A stretch of 63,584 nt of DNA, counting the filler, from Stramenopiles sp. TOSAG23-2 (Eukaryota): assembly GCA_900128395.1 (NCBI GenBank). It is 15 parts of 15 records of this genome, joined end to end, with 100 filler letters (N's around TTAATTAATTAA, not from the genome) between each part and the next. Parts side by side here need not be neighbours in the genome. Positions count along the whole stretch, not along the records: positions 54,817 to 59,666 come from LT650797.1; positions 59,767 to 60,972 come from LT653469.1; positions 61,073 to 62,278 come from LT653470.1; positions 62,379 to 63,584 come from LT653471.1; 11 more parts are not named here. The stretch is one strand, 5' to 3'. Both the position numbers and the translations under genes were made by a program. The notes beneath the pieces are model-generated. The model made no database searches. It saw nothing but the letters and a program-made list of their open reading frames with translations, and had not been told where the DNA came from. Below, in pieces: positions 57,470-63,584 of the stretch (the stretch's first letter is position 1; every line of letters starts with the position of its first letter).

Positions 57470-58561
57470 ATGGCAAACATAAAGAAAATACAGGCATCGC
57501 TAATCAGGGGTGGAACAAGCAAGGGTCTATTCTTCAGCGAACACCTGCCCGACCAGCTACTCGCTTTGGCCCTTGGCTCACCTGACGAAACCTCCATGCA
57601 ACTTGATGGTGTAGGTGGTGGTATAACTAGCACATCGAAAATTGCTATCGTGACCCCTCGCCCCGGTGACCTTGATGTCGATTATCTTTTTGGACAAGTG
57701 GATTTGTCAAGTGGCCGTGTAGACTGGTCAGGAAGCTGTGGCAACCTAGCTGCAGCAGTTGGTATTTATGCCCGCGAGAGTGGCCTGGTGTCGCCAGAAA
57801 AGCGTACTATTTCCGTGTGGCAAAAAAATCTCGGATACCAAATTGATGTCACATACCCAGAAGAAGAGAATCAAATTGCAATTCCAGGTGTTCCTCGCAC
57901 ATCCCCGTCTATCTTAGTTGAATTTGTGCGCCCAAAAATGAGTGGGCTTGATTTGCTGCCAACTGGAAATCCGATAGATAAGCTGCTTGGCATTGATGTT
58001 TCACTCTGTTGCTGTGGCAATCCAACAGTCTTTGTGCGTGCAAGCGACTTGTTAGCTTTGTTAGGAAGGGATGAACAAGAGGAACTGCTCCTTCCCGATG
58101 CGTACTCAGCAAAGTTAGCGGACATTATCGATTCTCTGTGTAGCGAAGGTTCTGCGAAGATGGGCATTAAGCACACTGATGCAATAAGACTGAGCTGGCT
58201 TAGAAGCCCGAGTAATTATCGGCGCCGCTCTGGGGGAGGATTAGTGTCTGCCGAAACTGTTGATATTATTGGGTGCATCTCGACGCCTGGAAGAGTGCAC
58301 CATGCCTTCACCACTACAGGGATGGTAAACTTAGCCGCAATGGCATGTATTCCCGGGACAATACCGTACGAGATAGCAGGTAACACGGGTACTGATGGGA
58401 AATGCTCTGTATCCCTTGGGCAGCCTGCGGGGGTAGTGAAGATTCAAGCGCTGTGCTCCAAGAAGGAGTGCGGAGAGTGGTATGCGGAGAAAGTGGGGCT
58501 GTTGAGAACGGCCCGAACCCTGATGAGCGGGTATGTTCATGTTCCTTTACCTTCCTCGTAA
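57470..58561 (+). CDS. PrpF-family (DapF-fold) isomerase
   Basis: IRGGTSKGLFF, LGSPD...QLDGVGGG..STSKIAIV, DVDYLFGQV, GSCGNL, GNPTVFV, HHA, P.GV and RTARTLMSG.V. Intronless. Confidence 0.9.
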   Translation: MANIKKIQASLIRGGTSKGLFFSEHLPDQLLALALGSPDETSMQLDGVGGGITSTSKIAIVTPRPGDLDVDYLFGQVDLSSGRVDWSGSCGNLAAAVGIYARESGLVSPEKRTISVWQKNLGYQIDVTYPEEENQIAIPGVPRTSPSILVEFVRPKMSGLDLLPTGNPIDKLLGIDVSLCCCGNPTVFVRASDLLALLGRDEQEELLLPDAYSAKLADIIDSLCSEGSAKMGIKHTDAIRLSWLRSPSNYRRRSGGGLVSAETVDIIGCISTPGRVHHAFTTTGMVNLAAMACIPGTIPYEIAGNTGTDGKCSVSLGQPAGVVKIQALCSKKECGEWYAEKVGLLRTARTLMSGYVHVPLPSS

Positions 58562-58729
58562 ATAAAACTATAGTTAATATAATTAATGTCTTTACTTTAA
58601 AATAGCACTTTGATTGATTGTATTATATACGAGAAGTTCATATTATGTGCGTCGTGTTACTTTTTCTTTCCCTGTATCTCTCTCTCTCTCTCCCTCCACC
58701 TTCCCTCTTTTCAATTTTTATGATAATTT

Positions 58730-59666
58730 TTACAATCCACTTTTTAATTTCTTCACGTATAGACTTTTAACATCAACAAATTCTTTCAAGCCAATTGCAC
58801 CGCCACCTTCACGGCCAATACCACTTGATTTCACGCCACCAAATGGTGCATTAGCATTGCCAGATAAATGTTGATTGACCCAACTTTGGCCGGATTCAAG
58901 TTGTACAGCAACTTCAGCTGCTTTTTCTGCATCTGGACCCCATACGGAACCACCTAAACCATATTCAGAGGCATTTGCACGTTCCAATGCTTCATCCACA
59001 TCTTTGTATTTCAAGATTGGCAATGCTAAACCAAATTGTTCTTCTTTAACAAGACGATCTTCGTCAGTCAAATCAGCAACAATGGTTGGTTTGTAATAAA
59101 AACCACCTTCTTTACCAGGAATTACTGGGCGTTCACCACCAGTGATAATACGACCACCACTTTTTTTAGCATCATCAACTAACATTTCAATGCGTTTCAA
59201 TTGCATTTCATTGTTCATTGGACCATATGCGATACCATCTTGTGTACCATCACCAACAGTTGCTTGTTTTGCAATGTTACCGATTTTGTCAACGAAATCT
59301 TCATATTGGCTTTCATGGACAAATACACGTTTGATTGCAACACAGGTTTGGCCAGAGTTGAACATAGCAGCACTGAAAATCTTTGGTGCAACTTCATCAA
59401 TATTAGTTTCAGGCATAACAATTGCTGCATCGTTACCTCCTAATTCCAATGTCAATTTTTTCAATGTACCAGCTGCAGATTTCATGATATTTTTACCAGT
59501 TGCTGCACTACCAGTGAAAGTAATATGAACAATATCTGGATGATCAACGATCCAACGTCCAAGTTCGTTACCACCAGATAAGACATTCATAACACCAGGT
59601 GGAAATGCTGTAGCTGCAATTTCACCCATCATAACCGTAGTTAATGGTGTATGTGGTGAAGGTTTG
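58730..59666 (-). CDS. Aldehyde dehydrogenase, copy 2 (near-identical paralog), 5'-truncated by the contig end
   Basis: Same motifs as copy 1, long identical nucleotide stretches and the same C-terminus KKLKSGL. Confidence 0.93.
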
Positions 59667-59780
59667 NNNNNNNNNNNNNNNNNNNNNNNNNNNNNNNNNN
59701 NNNNNNNNNNTTAATTAATTAANNNNNNNNNNNNNNNNNNNNNNNNNNNNNNNNNNNNNNNNNNNNCAAACAGAATATAA

Positions 59781-60965
59781 ATGCCATCTGGTACCTCTTC
59801 CGCTGCACGTGATGCAGAGATACAACGTATTAAAAAAACAATTTTGGAACATCGTGAAGCAGATGCAAAAATTAAAGAATTACGGGACAATACACGTGAT
59901 TTAAAAAAACAATTTGATAAAACAGAAAATGATTTAAAAGCATTGCAAAGCGTTGGACAAATCATCGGCGAAGTGTTGAAACGTTTGGATAATGATCGTT
60001 TCATCGTAAAAGCATCGAGTGGACCGCGTTACGTCGTTGGATGCCGTAAGAAATTAGATATGGAAACATTAACACCCGGTGTACGTGTAACACTTGATAT
60101 GACGACGCAAACTATTATGAGGAAATTGCCACGTGAAGTGGATCCATCCGTCTACAATATGTTAAACGAAGATCCAGGAAAAGTATCATGGGCTAGTATT
60201 GGTGGTTTAAATGAGCAAATACGTGAATTGCGAGAAACGATTGAATTACCATTAACTTCACCGGATTTATTTTTACGTGTTGGTATTAAACCACCAAAAG
60301 GTGTTTTATTATATGGACCACCTGGTACTGGTAAAACATTATTAGCACGTGCATTAGCATGTAATTTAAATGCTACGTTTATTAAAATTGTTGCATCTGC
60401 TATTGTAGATAAATATATCGGGGAAAGTGCACGTTTGATACGTGAAATGTTTGGTTATGCACGTGATCATGAACCATGTGTCATATTCATGGATGAAATC
60501 GATGCAATTGGTGGTAAACGCCAAGGGGAAGGTAGTAGTGCAGATCGTGAAATACAACGTACGTTGATGGAATTGTTAAATCAATTAGATGGTTTCGAAG
60601 CATTAGGCCAAGTGAAAATTGTCATGGCAACGAATCGACCGGATATATTAGATCCAGCATTATTACGACCTGGTCGTTTAGATCGTAAAATTGAAATACC
60701 ATTGCCAAATGATGCATCTAGGATGGATATTTTAAAAATTCATGCGAGTAAAATTCAAACACGTGGTGAGATTGATTTCGAAGCTATCGTGAAATTAAGT
60801 GATGGATTTAATGGTGCGGATTTACGAAATGTATGTACGGAAGGTGGTATATTTGCTATACGTGCCAATCGTGATTATGTATTGGAGGAAGATATGTTAA
60901 AAGCAGCAAGAAAATTAGCGGAAAATAAGAAATTGGAAAGCAAATTAGATTATTCAAAGGTTTAA
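59781..60965 (+). CDS. RPT4: 26S proteasome regulatory AAA-ATPase subunit 10B
   Basis: [56 protein letters not shown] and the C-terminus KKLESKLDY are diagnostic of Rpt4/PSMC6. Confidence 0.97.
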   Translation: MPSGTSSAARDAEIQRIKKTILEHREADAKIKELRDNTRDLKKQFDKTENDLKALQSVGQIIGEVLKRLDNDRFIVKASSGPRYVVGCRKKLDMETLTPGVRVTLDMTTQTIMRKLPREVDPSVYNMLNEDPGKVSWASIGGLNEQIRELRETIELPLTSPDLFLRVGIKPPKGVLLYGPPGTGKTLLARALACNLNATFIKIVASAIVDKYIGESARLIREMFGYARDHEPCVIFMDEIDAIGGKRQGEGSSADREIQRTLMELLNQLDGFEALGQVKIVMATNRPDILDPALLRPGRLDRKIEIPLPNDASRMDILKIHASKIQTRGEIDFEAIVKLSDGFNGADLRNVCTEGGIFAIRANRDYVLEEDMLKAARKLAENKKLESKLDYSKV

Positions 60966-61072
60966 ATGTATGNNNNNNNNNNNNNNNNNNNNNNNNNNNN
61001 NNNNNNNNNNNNNNNNTTAATTAATTAANNNNNNNNNNNNNNNNNNNNNNNNNNNNNNNNNNNNNNNNNNNN

Positions 61073-61483
61073 ACCTGCATCACCGCCAGGTATCACAATA
61101 TTACCAAATTGCAATACTGTCTTTTCAAGTCTTCTTTCCATTTTTCTTTTTTTGTCCGACTCTTCAGCATTAAAGAGATTTATGCGATCAAGTTGATTTA
61201 CCACAGCAGTATGACCAAATCGTTGGATGTAATGTCTCAAAGTATCTGATGCTTCCTTATCGAATCCACCACGGTCGAAGCCATCATCTTCATCAAATTG
61301 ATCTCGTTTCCTTTTCTTTTTTTTTCCTTTACCATTTCCTCGTTTTTTTATCGTAATTTTCTTTCTCTTCGTTACTGCTGTAGTTGTCGTAGTAGTAGTT
61401 GTTGTGGTGTTGCTTTTACTATTCGAACCTTTTGGTGTCGTAAACGTGTTGTTTGACGAATCACCGTCGTATGGCATCATCAT
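61073..61483 (-). CDS. Unknown protein N-terminus with NLS-like basic clusters, 3'-truncated
   Basis: The ORF runs off the contig and contains KRKKITIKKR and KKKKRKR. Confidence 0.5.
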
Positions 61484-61508
61484 TTTTGTTCGTTCGTTCG
61501 TTATGTCG

Positions 61509-61687
61509 GTAAGTGATTGTTTCTTCTTTTATCTTTTGGTTATCTTTCGCTTTGAAATGAATTTTGAATTATATATCTAGTCTAGAATACTTATTGTAGT
61601 AAGTGATCGTTTCTTCTTTATCTTTTTGGTTATCTTTCGCTTTGCAATGAATTTTGAATTATCTATATATAGACTAGAATACTTATT
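61509..61687. repeat. ~90-bp imperfect tandem duplication (61509-61595 / 61599-61687)
   Basis: GTAAGTGAT.GTTTCTTCTTT...CTAGAATACTTATT occurs twice. Confidence 0.85.
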
Positions 61688-62523
61688 TCACTTATTGATT
61701 TTCTTTTCATAAAAAAATAATAATAATATTTTTCATCAAGTAGTAGTTTTTCACACTACGCACCTTATTTTACATGTAATTTTTCATTTTTAATAATTAA
61801 TACTTTTAAGATAGCAATAGGCTTAATATAATTTTAGATCTTACCAAAAGATCAAATGAATAAAATTTACATAGAAATAATATCCATTTTCATGAATACA
61901 AAACATACATTTTATTGATGAATTGCAAGGATTGATGACAAAGAAACACGAAATTGTAAAGATTGCATAAAAAATATATTTTTACGCTCGTGCTTAGTTC
62001 ATTATTTTGATACAAAATATTAACACTAATAAGAATGTAAAAAATTTATATTTTTAGCCGTACAGCCGTGATAAAACCGAAGAAAATGCTTTCCCTTGCC
62101 TTTTCATCCGACACAACGAGGAAGGAACCCAAAAAAACATCAATTTTATCGTAATTATTTTTAGACATCAAAATTCCAACCAAAAAGCAACCAAAAAAAC
62201 TTGTTGTGCGGCCTGTGTTCATGTAATTTTTATAATGCTATTCACCTGTATGACAAAAAAACATCATTATAAGAATTCNNNNNNNNNNNNNNNNNNNNNN
62301 NNNNNNNNNNNNNNNNNNNNNNTTAATTAATTAANNNNNNNNNNNNNNNNNNNNNNNNNNNNNNNNNNNNNNNNNNNNCAATCTATTATTAAATTGCAAG
62401 TTCGAGTATATACGTAGTAATAAAATCTTCTAGCATCGAATCATTAGACGTAGATCAAAACGACGTACAATCTATTATTAAATTGCAAGTTCGAATACAT
62501 ACGTAGTAGAGAGGCTTAATTAC

Positions 62524-62904
62524 ATGCTTTGCGAATTATTTAAAGATATGGATTCTGTTAAACAATATTTCACTGAGTCATCAGAATTATTTGACCTTGA
62601 TAATAATGATTTTAAGAATGCATTAAAAAATGATGATGATTTTTGGAAAAATATTTTACACGCATCGTTCACTCCTGCTGCCATCCCCAATGTAGATTTG
62701 ACAACAATTCAAATGGAAGAGGAGAAAAAAAAACGTGAAGCTGCTGCTGCAGATACAAGAATAAAGAAAGCGTTGGAAAAAATAAAATTGGAAGATGAAG
62801 CGTTTGAAAAAATGGAGTACAAATTTATTGAGAATACAATAAACAATAATAGTGATGATGACCGTTCAATATCACCAACAGCCAAAAAGCAACGATTGCA
62901 GTGA
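62524..62904 (+). CDS. Unknown protein or C-terminal fragment
   Basis: 126-aa ORF with protein-like composition, a coiled-coil segment and a terminal SPTAKKQR. Confidence 0.45.
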   Translation: MLCELFKDMDSVKQYFTESSELFDLDNNDFKNALKNDDDFWKNILHASFTPAAIPNVDLTTIQMEEEKKKREAAAADTRIKKALEKIKLEDEAFEKMEYKFIENTINNNSDDDRSISPTAKKQRLQ

Positions 62905-63025
62905 ACTAATGTATATATTATATATATATATGTGTGTTTTTCTCTTACTCATATGATATATATATATATGACCCACCTTCGATAAGATCAGGAGGATCAG
63001 TAAAAAAAGTAGTATATATAAATGA

Positions 63026-63584
63026 TGGTTAAAATCTAAGTTATAATATTTTTACACTTCTTGTGTTAAAGTAATATGCTCAATACTCAATCGCAAGAAT
63101 AATATGTTATCCTACTATAGTAAAGCTCTAATGCACCTCTGCAAACTAATACTCTACAACCACAAGTAGGTTTCTATCGGTCCACAACGTACGACGATGA
63201 TGATAATGATTGTTTTTTTTCAATGTTACCACGATGTTAAAAGTGTGTGATTTGTTAGGTATATTATTGACTCAATACCTTTTAAGTTCTTAAATTTCCC
63301 AGTTTGCTTCTGTATTCCTTTAATCACCTTTTTTTTCAAAGTAGCTGCTTCAGGTGATAGCTATTAGGGATTTGGTTGCTCTGCTAACTTACTTGAGATT
63401 AATGCACTGACATGTCCCCAATGTCCTAAACCTGGTGTTGATTTTTCCCAAGTGTATTCCTTTAATCACCTTTTTTTTCAAAGTAGCTGCTTCAGGTGAT
63501 AGATAATAGGGATTTGGTTGCTCTGCTAACTTACTTGAGATTAATGCACTGACATGTCCCCAATGTCCTAAACCTGGTGTTGAT
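63026..63584 (-). repeat. Dispersed repeat with a decayed minus-strand reading frame and a 142-bp-period tandem duplication (63311-63442 / 63453-63584)
   Basis: The first 86 bp match 29824-29909. The minus strand reads STPGLGHWGHVSALISSKLAEQPNP in both copies, followed by TAT TAT in one copy and TAA TAG in the other. Confidence 0.65.

Noticed and set aside
63355-63370. TAA TAG aligned with TAT TAT in the sister copy, as a hint of stop-codon reassignment
   Set aside because: Conserved genes here (AASS, RPT4, ALDH) have no in-frame stops and end at TAA. A decayed duplicate is the simpler explanation.
1-63584. CRISPR arrays, rRNA, tRNA and the many short antisense ORFs in the track
   Set aside because: I recognised no repeat-spacer array or structural RNA by eye, though tRNAscan-SE/Infernal would be needed to exclude them. 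Short ORFs overlapping long genes are shadow frames.

Overview
This is not one locus. It is 15 unrelated contigs (twelve of about 4.85-4.91 kb, then three of 1206 bp, in decreasing size) joined by artificial 100-nt N..TTAATTAATTAA..N linkers, so adjacency across a linker is meaningless. The DNA is from an AT-rich eukaryotic microbe using the standard code, with few GT-AG introns, Asn-rich low-complexity tracts and a ciliary-type gene. A flagellated protist, possibly a stramenopile, is my inference. Recognisable genes are AASS (LKR/SDH), NDUFAF6, RPT4/PSMC6, a LamG-GH47 mannosidase, an ADCY10-like cyclase-STAND NTPase, a CC2D2A/CEP76-like C2/transglutaminase-like protein, an MFS transporter, a SHAQKYF-type Myb, two ALDH paralogs flanking a PrpF-family isomerase, an ankyrin family and several secreted Cys-rich or CAP proteins. 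The most interesting non-housekeeping signals are: (1) an intact Crypton-type tyrosine recombinase flanked on both sides by repeated loxP/FRT-like palindromes, one pair with compensatory substitutions; (2) three long foldback elements, two of which share an AATGCTAT-N2-3-CATG motif with the Crypton upstream region; (3) the ALDH-PrpF-ALDH cassette; and (4) a four-domain CAP protein with an unrecognised repeated pre-domain. Many ~40-170 bp tandem duplications and two frameshifts may be amplification or assembly artefacts.
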